Below, piece after piece: positions 45,409-54,186 of a DNA stretch of 64,000 bases (position 1 is its first letter; each line of letters begins with the position of its first letter). The notes below the pieces were generated by a model. That model saw only the letters and a program-made list of their open reading frames with translations, ran no database searches and was not told the DNA's origin. The position numbers were made by a program, and so were the translations under genes. This stretch comes from an uncultured delta proteobacterium (lineage in GTDB: Bacteria; Desulfobacterota; Desulfuromonadia; Desulfuromonadales; BM103): positions 6,992-70,991 of the forward strand of contig CAVRQQ010000003.1 in NCBI GenBank assembly GCA_963723355.1. Reading direction: 5' to 3'.

Positions 45409-46731
45409 ATGAAGCTGAGAACCTTCAAAGGCGGGATTCACCCCCCGGATAACAAACACTGGACGTCGCACAAGGCCATCGAGGATTGCCCGCTGCCGGA
45501 CGAACTGGTTGTGCCTTTGTCGCAGCATATTGGTGCTCCGTCAGTTGCCTGCGTGGAGGTTGGCCAGCATGTGGCCAAAGGGCAGGAGATCGGCTCTGCC
45601 AAAGGTTTCGTCTCGGTCCCCGTACATGCCTCGACGTCCGGTGAAGTCGTTGCGATCGAGAATCGTCCGCATCCTTTCGGAACGTCTCTGCCTGCCGTGG
45701 TCATCAAGCCCGACGGTGAAGACAGCTGGTCGTACAATTTGCAGTTTACCGACCCCGGATCTCTTACCTCGGACGAGGTGATTGAAAAGGTTCGTCAGGC
45801 TGGTGTGGTCGGCATGGGAGGCGCGGCTTTCCCGGCTCATGTCAAGATGTCACCGCCACCTGAAAAACCAATCCGCACGCTGCTTTTTAACGGCGTTGAG
45901 TGCGAGCCCTATCTGACCTCAGATCATCGCATGATGCTTGAGGAGTCGGAGCGGGTGTTGCAAGGCGTCGCTCTGCTTCAGTATGTGTACGGTGCGGAGC
46001 GTGTGGTGATCGGCATTGAGGCCAACAAACCGGACGCTATTGCGCTACTGAAGAAACAATGTGCCGATGCTCCGGTTGAGATTCTGCCGTTGCAGGTCAA
46101 GTACCCGCAAGGTGCTGAGAAACAATTGATCGCCGCAGCCACCGGAAGAGAAGTCCCTTCGGGAGGCTTGCCTATGGATGTCGGCGTTGCCGTGCATAAT
46201 GTTTCGACCGCAGCCGCTGTGACCGATGCCGTCATGTTGGGGCGGCCACTGATTGAACGGGTCTGCACGGTAACCGGTCCGGCGATCAAGGAACCGAAGA
46301 ACTTACGTATCCGCATCGGTATGCCTCTTTCGCACCTGGTAGAGGTTTGTGGCGGTTTAGTTGAAGAACCGGGCAAAATTATCCTCGGCGGCCCGATGAT
46401 GGGGTTTACCCAGGTAGGGTTTGATGTCCCGGTCATTCGCGGCAGCTCAGGACTGTTGTTGTTGCGTGAAGAAGATATTGCGAAAAGCCCTGAAGGGCCG
46501 TGTATAAGGTGTGCGCGCTGTGTGCAGGCTTGTCCAATGAATTTACTGCCAACCACAATTGCCGCTTATGCGCGGCGGGACCTGGTCGTAGAAACAGAAG
46601 AGTATTGCGCCATGGATTGTATCGAATGCGGTAGCTGCAGTTATGTCTGTCCGGCAAGTATTCCGCTGGTACAGTCGATCCGACACGGCAAGGCTGCCGT
46701 GCTCGCCAAGAAGAGAAACGCATTGTTATAA
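45409..46731 (+). CDS. rnfC: Rnf complex subunit C
   Basis: NADH/FMN-binding fold plus a C-terminal 2x[4Fe-4S] (CIRCARCVQACP, CIECGSCSYVCP). Confidence 0.95.
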   Translation: MKLRTFKGGIHPPDNKHWTSHKAIEDCPLPDELVVPLSQHIGAPSVACVEVGQHVAKGQEIGSAKGFVSVPVHASTSGEVVAIENRPHPFGTSLPAVVIKPDGEDSWSYNLQFTDPGSLTSDEVIEKVRQAGVVGMGGAAFPAHVKMSPPPEKPIRTLLFNGVECEPYLTSDHRMMLEESERVLQGVALLQYVYGAERVVIGIEANKPDAIALLKKQCADAPVEILPLQVKYPQGAEKQLIAAATGREVPSGGLPMDVGVAVHNVSTAAAVTDAVMLGRPLIERVCTVTGPAIKEPKNLRIRIGMPLSHLVEVCGGLVEEPGKIILGGPMMGFTQVGFDVPVIRGSSGLLLLREEDIAKSPEGPCIRCARCVQACPMNLLPTTIAAYARRDLVVETEEYCAMDCIECGSCSYVCPASIPLVQSIRHGKAAVLAKKRNALL

Positions 46732-47726
46732 TGAGCCAGCAACTTTATCTGTCATCATCGCCTCACGTTCATTCCGGGGAGACTACCCCCAGTGTGATGC
46801 GTGCTGTGCTGTATAGTCTGGTGCCGGCCTGTCTGGTTGCGATCTACTTCTTTGGCCCGTCCGCCCTGAGCGTTTTGCTGATTGCAACGCTTGGCTGTCT
46901 GGCGACAGAAGTTGTCTGCCAGCGTCTGATGAGTCAGCCGGTAACGATTGCTGATGGCAGCGCTGCTATTACCGGGGTGCTTCTGGCTCTCAACCTGCCG
47001 CCGACCAGCCCGTGGTGGTTGACCTTGCTGGGTGCGGTGATCGCGATTGCTGTTGGCAAGCAGGTCTATGGAGGCCTTGGCTCCAATCCTTTCAATCCTG
47101 CCCTGGTCGCCCGGGTCGTACTGCTGATCTCCTTTCCGGTACAGATGACCACCTGGTCTGCACCGGCGCCGCTGGGCTCGGGGCTTGACCTGGTGACAAC
47201 GGCAACCCCTCTGGGTGAATGGAAAAATGCCGTCATGCTCACCGGCGAAATGCCCGCAGCGATGCAGGGCAGCATGGCCGGTTATTTCCTGGGGAATATG
47301 CCCGGTTGTATCGGCGAGGTGTCGGCGTTGGCCCTGCTGCTTGGTGCCGGCTATTTGTTTTATCGTCGGATCCTGACCTGGCATATCCCGGCGACCTACG
47401 TCGGCACGGTGGTCCTTCTTTCCGGGGCCTTCTGGTTGATCAATCCCGCCAAGTACCCCAACCCGGTCTTCCATCTGGTGACCGGCGGTCTGGTTCTGGG
47501 GGCTTTTTATATGGCCACGGACATGGTGACCACGCCGGTATCGATTCGGGGCATGCTGATTTTCGGCGTGGGCTGCGGTGTGTTGACTGTCCTGATCCGT
47601 TTGTTCGGCGGCTACCCCGAGGGGGTCTCGTTTGCGATCCTTCTGATGAATGCTGCGACCCCGTTGATTGACCGCTATACGAAACCGCGAACCTTTGGCA
47701 CGGCACGGCAGGGGGGCAGCGTATGA
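46731..47726 (+). CDS. rnfD: Rnf complex subunit D
   Basis: 331-aa NqrB/RnfD family membrane protein. Confidence 0.93.
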   Translation: MSQQLYLSSSPHVHSGETTPSVMRAVLYSLVPACLVAIYFFGPSALSVLLIATLGCLATEVVCQRLMSQPVTIADGSAAITGVLLALNLPPTSPWWLTLLGAVIAIAVGKQVYGGLGSNPFNPALVARVVLLISFPVQMTTWSAPAPLGSGLDLVTTATPLGEWKNAVMLTGEMPAAMQGSMAGYFLGNMPGCIGEVSALALLLGAGYLFYRRILTWHIPATYVGTVVLLSGAFWLINPAKYPNPVFHLVTGGLVLGAFYMATDMVTTPVSIRGMLIFGVGCGVLTVLIRLFGGYPEGVSFAILLMNAATPLIDRYTKPRTFGTARQGGSV

Positions 47727-48331
47727 ACAGTATGCCGCGTCTGATCCTGGTCCTGACGTTGATTACGGCCGGTGCCGGCCTGATCCTTTCCCTGGTCGAG
47801 CTCGTGACCCGTGAGCCGATTGCCGAGCAGCGGCGCCTGGAAACACTGCGTGCCCTGAAGGCGGTCCTGCCTCAGGCCAACAATTCACCGGACGAGGACA
47901 CGGTGCAGCTGGTCACAGGCAAGGACAAGCGCGGCCGGGATGTCCAGCGGACTTTTTTTCGTGGCAAGCAGGACGGCGCGCTGAGTGGGGTCGCGTTCAA
48001 GGTTGTCGCTCCCGATGGTTACAGCGGCAATATTGACATAATGGTCGGCATTGACCCGGACGGTACGGTTGCCGGGATCGAAATCCTCAGCCATGCTGAA
48101 ACCCCCGGTCTGGGCGACAAGATTGCCTTTTCGCCATTCAAGGCGATTTTCGTCGGCAAAAACCTGGAGAATGCTGATTGGCGGGTGAAAAAGGACGGTG
48201 GTGAGTTTGATCAGATTACCGGAGCGACTATCTCGCCCCGAGCCGTAGTCGGGGCTGTGCGCAAGGGGTTGGAGTTCTATCGTGATCATCGTGATGAGGT
48301 CCTCGCCGAAAACCAGGGAGACAAGCCATGA
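47723..48331 (+). CDS. rnfG: Rnf complex subunit G
   Basis: FMN-binding domain with the motif TGATISPRAV. Confidence 0.92.
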   Translation: MNSMPRLILVLTLITAGAGLILSLVELVTREPIAEQRRLETLRALKAVLPQANNSPDEDTVQLVTGKDKRGRDVQRTFFRGKQDGALSGVAFKVVAPDGYSGNIDIMVGIDPDGTVAGIEILSHAETPGLGDKIAFSPFKAIFVGKNLENADWRVKKDGGEFDQITGATISPRAVVGAVRKGLEFYRDHRDEVLAENQGDKP

Positions 48332-48921
48332 CCCTCGGTCGCGAATTTCTTAAGGCCTTATGGCAAAACAATGCCGTATTCCGTCTGCTGCTCGGCCTCT
48401 GTCCGGCCCTGGCGGTTACGACCAGCGCCGAGAACGGCCTCGGTATGGGGCTTGCCACGACCTTCGTCCTGGTTTGCTCGAATATTGTCGTATCGTCCCT
48501 GCGTAAGGTTATCCCTGCAAAGGTACGGATTCCGTCCTTTATCGTTGTGATCGCTTCCTTTGTTACTGTTGTACAGCTGTGCATGGAAGCTTACTTTTAT
48601 GATCTGTATAAGGCGCTGGGGATTTTCATCCCATTGATTGTTGTAAACTGCCTGATTCTCGGTCGCGCTGAAGCCTTTGCATCGAAGAATCGGCTGTTCC
48701 CTGCGGTCGTCGACGGAGTGGGGATGGGGCTCGGCTTCACTCTCGCGCTGTTTGCCCTCGGATCGGTCCGTGAACTCTTCGGTTCGGGCGCCCTGCTCGG
48801 TTATTCTGTGTTCGGTCCGGATTACCAGCCGCTGTTGTTGATGATTCTGCCTCCCGGCGCCTTCATCGCCATGGGCCTTTTGCTGGCGGTAATGAATAAG
48901 TTTGACGCACGTCACAAGTAA
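48328..48921 (+). CDS. rnfE: Rnf complex subunit E
   Basis: 197-aa NqrD/RnfE family protein. Confidence 0.93.
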   Translation: MTLGREFLKALWQNNAVFRLLLGLCPALAVTTSAENGLGMGLATTFVLVCSNIVVSSLRKVIPAKVRIPSFIVVIASFVTVVQLCMEAYFYDLYKALGIFIPLIVVNCLILGRAEAFASKNRLFPAVVDGVGMGLGFTLALFALGSVRELFGSGALLGYSVFGPDYQPLLLMILPPGAFIAMGLLLAVMNKFDARHK

Positions 48922-49079
48922 ACAATCTCGTCATTTTTAATCCTTTATCCTGCACACCAAACTAGGGGATTAACCTGTTCTAAGACAGCAAATTCCCACA
49001 GCTTTTTTGTCTTTTATAGTTCCTGACCAAAATAATCATAAAGTACCGAAAGCAGGGCGTTTGCAGGCCTTCGGATTGC

Positions 49080-49095
49080 ATACAGTATACTGTAT
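49080..49095. promoter_or_regulatory. perfect 16-bp palindrome ATACAGTATACTGTAT abutting the nuo promoter (candidate operator)
   Basis: The sequence is exactly self-complementary and ends 7 nt upstream of the -35 hexamer. Confidence 0.4.
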
Positions 49096-49102
49096 TTTTC
49101 GC

Positions 49103-49131
49103 TTGACAAAGCCCCGTATTTATCCTAACTT
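49103..49131 (+). promoter_or_regulatory. sigma70-like promoter of the nuo operon (TTGACA-17-TAACTT)
   Basis: Hexamers at 49103-49108 and 49126-49131, about 80 nt upstream of nuoA. Confidence 0.45.
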
Positions 49132-49210
49132 GCAGTCGGCCAAAATGCCGTTTCGCTATAGTTGCGGCCATTGAAATTGTTTGTACTCACCTGGCAGGAG
49201 GACCATACCA

Positions 49211-49567
49211 ATGCTGGATAAATATCTCCCGATTCTCACTTTGATCATCATCGCTGTCTGTTTTTCGTTTGGAGCGGCGATTCTTTCCCGGCTGGTCGGG
49301 GAGAAGAAACCGTCAGCTGTCAAGCTGGCCCCTTACGAGTGCGGCATGCCGCCCGTCGGTTCGGCCCGCGAGCGATTCTCCATCAAATTCTACATCATCG
49401 CCATGCTCTTTATCGTCTTCGATATCGAGGTGGTTTTCATGTACCCCTGGGCCGTCATGTTCAAGAGTCTCGGTTTGTTCGGCTTTATTGAAATGGGGGT
49501 CTTTATTCTGATTCTTCTCGTCGGTTACGCATACGTTTGGAAAAAAGGAGCTCTGGAATGGGAGTAG
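49211..49567 (+). CDS. nuoA: NADH-quinone oxidoreductase subunit A
   Basis: Start at MLDKYL after an AGGAGG RBS. Motif PYECG. Confidence 0.93.
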   Translation: MLDKYLPILTLIIIAVCFSFGAAILSRLVGEKKPSAVKLAPYECGMPPVGSARERFSIKFYIIAMLFIVFDIEVVFMYPWAVMFKSLGLFGFIEMGVFILILLVGYAYVWKKGALEWE

Positions 49568-50064
49568 AGGAAACTCTGGGTAATAACATTATTACCACGT
49601 CGCTTGACAAGGTCGTCAACTGGTCTCGCTCTAAGTCTCTCTGGCCGCTGACCTTCGGTCTGGCCTGCTGTGCTATTGAGATGATGGCGACCGGTGCCGC
49701 CCGTTTTGACCTGGACCGCTTTGGTGTGCTTTTCCGCGCCTCACCCCGCCAGGCTGACCTTATCGTTATCGCCGGTACCGTAACCAAGAAGATGCTGCCG
49801 GTCATCGAAACCGTTTACGAGCAGATGCCGGAACCGCGTTACGTGATCGCCATGGGGGCCTGTGCCTGCTCCGGCGGGATCTTCGACACCTACAGCACTG
49901 TTCAGGGGGTCGACGAGTCGCTGCCGGTTGACGTTTATATCCCCGGTTGCCCGCCTCGCCCGGAAGGCCTGCTGTATGGCCTGATGAAGCTGCAGGAAAA
50001 GATCATGAAGGAGCAGAATTCCTTCGGCGCCAGCATCGGCGTTGGCGAGCGGATCAACGGTTGA
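49558..50064 (+). CDS. nuoB: NADH-quinone oxidoreductase subunit B
   Basis: Motifs [10 protein letters not shown] and GCPPRPE. AAGGAG RBS before the ATG at 49558. Confidence 0.95.
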   Translation: MGVEETLGNNIITTSLDKVVNWSRSKSLWPLTFGLACCAIEMMATGAARFDLDRFGVLFRASPRQADLIVIAGTVTKKMLPVIETVYEQMPEPRYVIAMGACACSGGIFDTYSTVQGVDESLPVDVYIPGCPPRPEGLLYGLMKLQEKIMKEQNSFGASIGVGERING

Positions 50065-50107
50065 TTTCGATCAACAACTTTAACCCAGATAGACAGGATA
50101 CAACCTT

Positions 50108-50587
50108 ATGAGTGTACAGGCTGCTGACAAGCTGAAGGACAAGTTCGGCGATACGGTGCTCGAAACCATCGAATTTCGTGGCGAGACCACCGTGGTTGTC
50201 AAGAAAGAGGATATTGTCGCTGTTTGCGCTTTCCTGAAGGAAGAGCTTGGTTTTAACTTCCTGACCGATCTCTGTGGTGTCGATTACATGGGGCAGGCCC
50301 CACGCTTCATGGTGGTTTATCACCTCTATAACATCGGCACGCACACGCGTTTGCGCATCAAGGCCCCGGTCGAAGAAAGTGATACCCGGATTGATACCGT
50401 GAGCGGTGTTTGGGCCACGGCAAACTGGATGGAGCGCGAGACCTGGGACCTGATGGGGATTACCTTCAACAACCATCCTGACCCCCGACGCATCCTGATG
50501 CCTGATGACTGGGAGGGCCACCCGCTGCGCAAGGATTACCCGGTGCAGGGCCCCGACCGTGAGCCCTACCAGGGTCGGCTGGAATAA
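50108..50587 (+). CDS. nuoC: NADH-quinone oxidoreductase subunit C
   Basis: 159 aa with the motif ERE.WD..G; a separate gene from nuoD. Confidence 0.93.
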   Translation: MSVQAADKLKDKFGDTVLETIEFRGETTVVVKKEDIVAVCAFLKEELGFNFLTDLCGVDYMGQAPRFMVVYHLYNIGTHTRLRIKAPVEESDTRIDTVSGVWATANWMERETWDLMGITFNNHPDPRRILMPDDWEGHPLRKDYPVQGPDREPYQGRLE

Positions 50588-50642
50588 ACAACCCTGATTT
50601 TTACAAACTCAAGTATATCCTGAACATAGACGAGGCAGAAAT

Positions 50643-51821
50643 ATGGCGAATTTTGAAACCATGACCATCAACATGGGCCCCCAGCATCCTTCGACGCACG
50701 GGGTGTTGCGGCTGGTTCTGGAGCTGGACGGCGAAATTGTTCGCAAGGCGACCCCTCACATCGGTTACCTGCACCGTGGGATTGAGAAGCTTTCCGAGCA
50801 CAGGACCTACCACCAGATCCTGCCGCTGACCGACCGGCTCGACTATCTGGCCCCGATGCACAACAACCTCGGCTATGTGCTGGCCGTGGAGAAGCTGCTC
50901 GGGATCACCGATCAGATTCCCGAGCGTGCCCAGGTGGTGCGTGTTCTGCTCGCCGAATTGACGCGACTCAAGAGCCACCTGGTGTGGCTGGCATGTCACG
51001 CTCTTGATATCGGCGCCATGACCGTGTTCATTTACTGCTTCCGCGAGCGTGAGCACATCATGAACATCTATGAGAAGATTTCCGGTGCCCGCATGACCTC
51101 CAACTATTTCCGCGTTGGCGGTCTTTCAGATGACCTCCCCGCCGGACTGGAGCAGGAGATCCGTGATTTTGTCAACACCATGCCTGGACATATCGCTACC
51201 TATGAGGGCCTGTTGACCGGCAACAAGATCTGGCAGAAGCGTATCATGGATGTTGGTGTGATCAGCGCGGAAGATGCCATCGACCTGGGCGTCACCGGGC
51301 CCTGCCTGCGTGCCTCGGGCGTGGATTGGGATCTGCGTCGCGACCAGCCCTACTCGGGTTATGAAGACTATGACTTCAATGTAATTGTCGATGACGGCTG
51401 CGATACCTGGGCCCGTTACCACTGCCGCCTCAAGGAGATGCATGAAGCCTGCAAGATCATCCACCAGGCGCTGGACAAGCTCAAGCCCGGCCCGATCCTG
51501 GCTGACGTGCCGAAAGTTGTCCTGCCGCCCAAGCAGGATACCGTCAACTCCATCGAAGGCCTGATTCATCACTTCAAGATTATCAGTGAGGGTTTCAAGC
51601 CCGATGCCGGTGAAATTTATGTCGGTGTCGAAAACCCCAAAGGCGAAGTCGGCTTTTACCTGGTTTCCGACGGATCGCCCCGGCCGTATCGCATGAAGAT
51701 CCGCCCGGCCTCATTCATTAACCTCCAGGCCTTGCCCAAGATGGTCGAAGGTTCGATGATCGCAGACGTTGTCGCGGTGATCGGAACGCTCGATATCGTT
51801 CTGGGTGAGATCGACCGCTAA
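50643..51821 (+). CDS. nuoD: NADH-quinone oxidoreductase subunit D
   Basis: 392 aa with the motif GPQHPSTHGVLRL. Confidence 0.96.
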   Translation: MANFETMTINMGPQHPSTHGVLRLVLELDGEIVRKATPHIGYLHRGIEKLSEHRTYHQILPLTDRLDYLAPMHNNLGYVLAVEKLLGITDQIPERAQVVRVLLAELTRLKSHLVWLACHALDIGAMTVFIYCFREREHIMNIYEKISGARMTSNYFRVGGLSDDLPAGLEQEIRDFVNTMPGHIATYEGLLTGNKIWQKRIMDVGVISAEDAIDLGVTGPCLRASGVDWDLRRDQPYSGYEDYDFNVIVDDGCDTWARYHCRLKEMHEACKIIHQALDKLKPGPILADVPKVVLPPKQDTVNSIEGLIHHFKIISEGFKPDAGEIYVGVENPKGEVGFYLVSDGSPRPYRMKIRPASFINLQALPKMVEGSMIADVVAVIGTLDIVLGEIDR

Positions 51822-51848
51822 TCTGCCGCGAGGATAAGGAATCAGCTT

Positions 51849-52349
51849 ATGAGTGAAGCAGTCGAAACCACAGTAGAAGAGCAGGACGTCGACCTGACCG
51901 GAGCAAACCAGATTCTCGACAAGTACGTCGATTTCCCTGGTGCCCTGATGCCGGCGCTGCAGGAGATTCAGGAGTTTTACGGCTACATCCCGGAGCCGAC
52001 GGTCCATCTTACCGCTGAGCGTCTGAATATCTACGCAAGCCAGATTTATGGCGTACTGACCTTTTACGCGCAGTTCCACATGGAGCCGCGCGGCAAATAT
52101 ATCATCCGCGTCTGCATGGGAACCGCCTGTCACGTCAAGGGTGCCGGCCGGATCGCCGATGTCATCAAGGAGCGTCTGGGCGTCGGTCATGCCGAAACCA
52201 CGGAAGATCTCAAGTTTACTGCCGAATACGTGGCCTGCATCGGTGCCTGCGGTATGGCGCCGGTCATTATGGTCAACGACGGAACTTACGGTTCATTGAC
52301 CGTCCAGAAAACGGAAGAGGTCGTTAAAAAATACCAGCAGATGGATTGA
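51849..52349 (+). CDS. nuoE: NADH-quinone oxidoreductase subunit E
   Basis: 166 aa with a thioredoxin-like 2Fe-2S fold (CMGTACH...CIGACG). Confidence 0.93.
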   Translation: MSEAVETTVEEQDVDLTGANQILDKYVDFPGALMPALQEIQEFYGYIPEPTVHLTAERLNIYASQIYGVLTFYAQFHMEPRGKYIIRVCMGTACHVKGAGRIADVIKERLGVGHAETTEDLKFTAEYVACIGACGMAPVIMVNDGTYGSLTVQKTEEVVKKYQQMD

Positions 52350-52367
52350 TAACTGATCGAGGATTTT

Positions 52368-54149
52368 ATGGCCGAAACAGCTGAAAATATCCAAGTACTT
52401 GTCTGTACCGGAACCGGTGGCTTCGCCTCCGGAGCCCAGGGCGTCATCGATGCCTTTGAGGCGGAATTTGAGAAGCAGGGTCTCGAAGCCAAAATTGGCA
52501 AACGCTGCGATATCAAGAAGACCGGTTGCCGAGGACTGTGTGCCAATGACGTATTGGTTGATGTCATTTTACCCGGCCAGGAGGCTGTGACCTACGATTT
52601 CGTGACTGCCGAGCTGGTGCCGCAGATCGTTGAAGAGCACATGCTCAAGAACGAGGCCGTCGAAAAGAAGGTCGCCGGAAAATATTACAACCAATTCCTG
52701 GAAAAACAGCAACGCATCATCTTCTCCCGCTGCGGCACCATCGACGCGGAAAGCCTTGACGATTTCCTGAGCCACAAGGGGTTCGAAGGCATCAAGAAGG
52801 CCGTGACCATGACGCCCGATGAGGTTATCGAGGAAGTCAAGAAGTCCGGCCTGCGTGGTCGTGGCGGCGGCGGTTTCCCGACCGGAGTCAAGTGGTCCTT
52901 CTGCAAAGCCACCCCGGGCGACCACAAATACCTGATCTGCAATGCTGACGAAGGCGACCCCGGGGCGTTCATGGACCGCTCGATCCTTGAAGGCGACCCC
53001 TACGGCGTTATCGAGGGGATGATGATTGCCGCTTACGCAATCGGCTGCGATTTCGGTTACGTCTATTGTCGTGCCGAGTATCCGCTGGCCATCAAGCGAC
53101 TGCAGCTCGCTATCGACACCTGCCATGAAAAGGGCTTCCTCGGCGATAACTGCATGGGCCTCGGTTTCAAGTTCGATATGCGGATCAAGGCCGGTGCGGG
53201 TGCTTTCGTCTGCGGTGAAGAGACCGCGTTGATGGCTTCGATCGAAGGTGAGCGCGGCATGTCCCGCCCCCGTCCGCCGTTCCCGGCAGTCCGGGGCCTC
53301 TGGGCCAAGCCGACCAACATCAACAACGTTGAGACCTTCGCCAACGTTTCCTACATCTTCTACAACGGCGCCGACTGGTTCAACTCGATCGGTACCGAAG
53401 GCACCAAGGGCACCAAGATCTTCGCCCTGACCGGCAAGGTCAAGCATACCGGTCTGGTTGAAGTCCCTGCCGGAACCACCATGAAGGAAGTCATCTACGA
53501 CGTCTGTGGCGGCATTCTGAATAACCGCAAGTTCAAGGCGGTTCAGGCCGGTGGCCCGTCGGGTGGTTGTCTGCCGGCAGAGGCCCTGGACGCCGAAGTC
53601 GATTACGACTCCCTGATCAAGGCTGGCGCCATGATGGGCTCCGGTGGCCTGGTGGTCATGGACGAGACGACCTGCATGGTCGATATCGCCCGCTTCTTCC
53701 TCAACTTCACCCGCGTGGAATCGTGCGGCAAATGTATCCCCTGCCGGATCGGCCTGAAGATCATGCTCGAAATCCTCGAGCGGATTACTGAAGGTAAGGG
53801 TCAGGAAGGTGACATCGAGCTGCTTGAGGACATGGCCTACGACATCAAGAAGAGTTCCCTCTGTGGTCTCGGCCAGACGGCCCCGAACCCGGTGCTCTCG
53901 ACGATCCGTTATTTCCGCCATGAGTACGAAACGCATATCAAGGAGCAGGAGTGCCCATCGCACAGCTGCAAGTCGCTGTTGCATTTCAAGGTTATCGAAG
54001 AGAAATGCAAGAAGTGCGGTATCTGTCCGAGGGTCTGCCCGGTTGACTGCATCACGTGGGAAAAGGGCCAGGTGGCCGTTATCGACCGCGAGGCATGCAC
54101 CGAGTGTACTTCCTGTTACGACGCCTGCCGTTTTATGGCAATTGAATAG
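52368..54149 (+). CDS. nuoF: NADH-quinone oxidoreductase subunit F, long form with extra N- and C-terminal domains
   Basis: 593 aa. The core has GRGGGGFPTG, and the SLCGLGQ motif marks N3. About 100 extra N-terminal aa are present, plus a C-terminal 2x[4Fe-4S] ferredoxin (CKKCGICPRVCP, CTECTSCYDAC). Confidence 0.92.
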   Translation: MAETAENIQVLVCTGTGGFASGAQGVIDAFEAEFEKQGLEAKIGKRCDIKKTGCRGLCANDVLVDVILPGQEAVTYDFVTAELVPQIVEEHMLKNEAVEKKVAGKYYNQFLEKQQRIIFSRCGTIDAESLDDFLSHKGFEGIKKAVTMTPDEVIEEVKKSGLRGRGGGGFPTGVKWSFCKATPGDHKYLICNADEGDPGAFMDRSILEGDPYGVIEGMMIAAYAIGCDFGYVYCRAEYPLAIKRLQLAIDTCHEKGFLGDNCMGLGFKFDMRIKAGAGAFVCGEETALMASIEGERGMSRPRPPFPAVRGLWAKPTNINNVETFANVSYIFYNGADWFNSIGTEGTKGTKIFALTGKVKHTGLVEVPAGTTMKEVIYDVCGGILNNRKFKAVQAGGPSGGCLPAEALDAEVDYDSLIKAGAMMGSGGLVVMDETTCMVDIARFFLNFTRVESCGKCIPCRIGLKIMLEILERITEGKGQEGDIELLEDMAYDIKKSSLCGLGQTAPNPVLSTIRYFRHEYETHIKEQECPSHSCKSLLHFKVIEEKCKKCGICPRVCPVDCITWEKGQVAVIDREACTECTSCYDACRFMAIE

Positions 54150-54186
54150 TACTTACCAAGATATTCACTGACGATACGAGGACACG

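Noticed and set aside
49080-49095. LexA (SOS) box at the nuo promoter.
   Set aside because: The half-sites are ACAG..CTGT with a 4-nt centre, not CTGT-N8-ACAG. It also does not match the Geobacter-type or Myxococcus-type LexA motifs as I recall them. I kept it only as an unassigned operator candidate.
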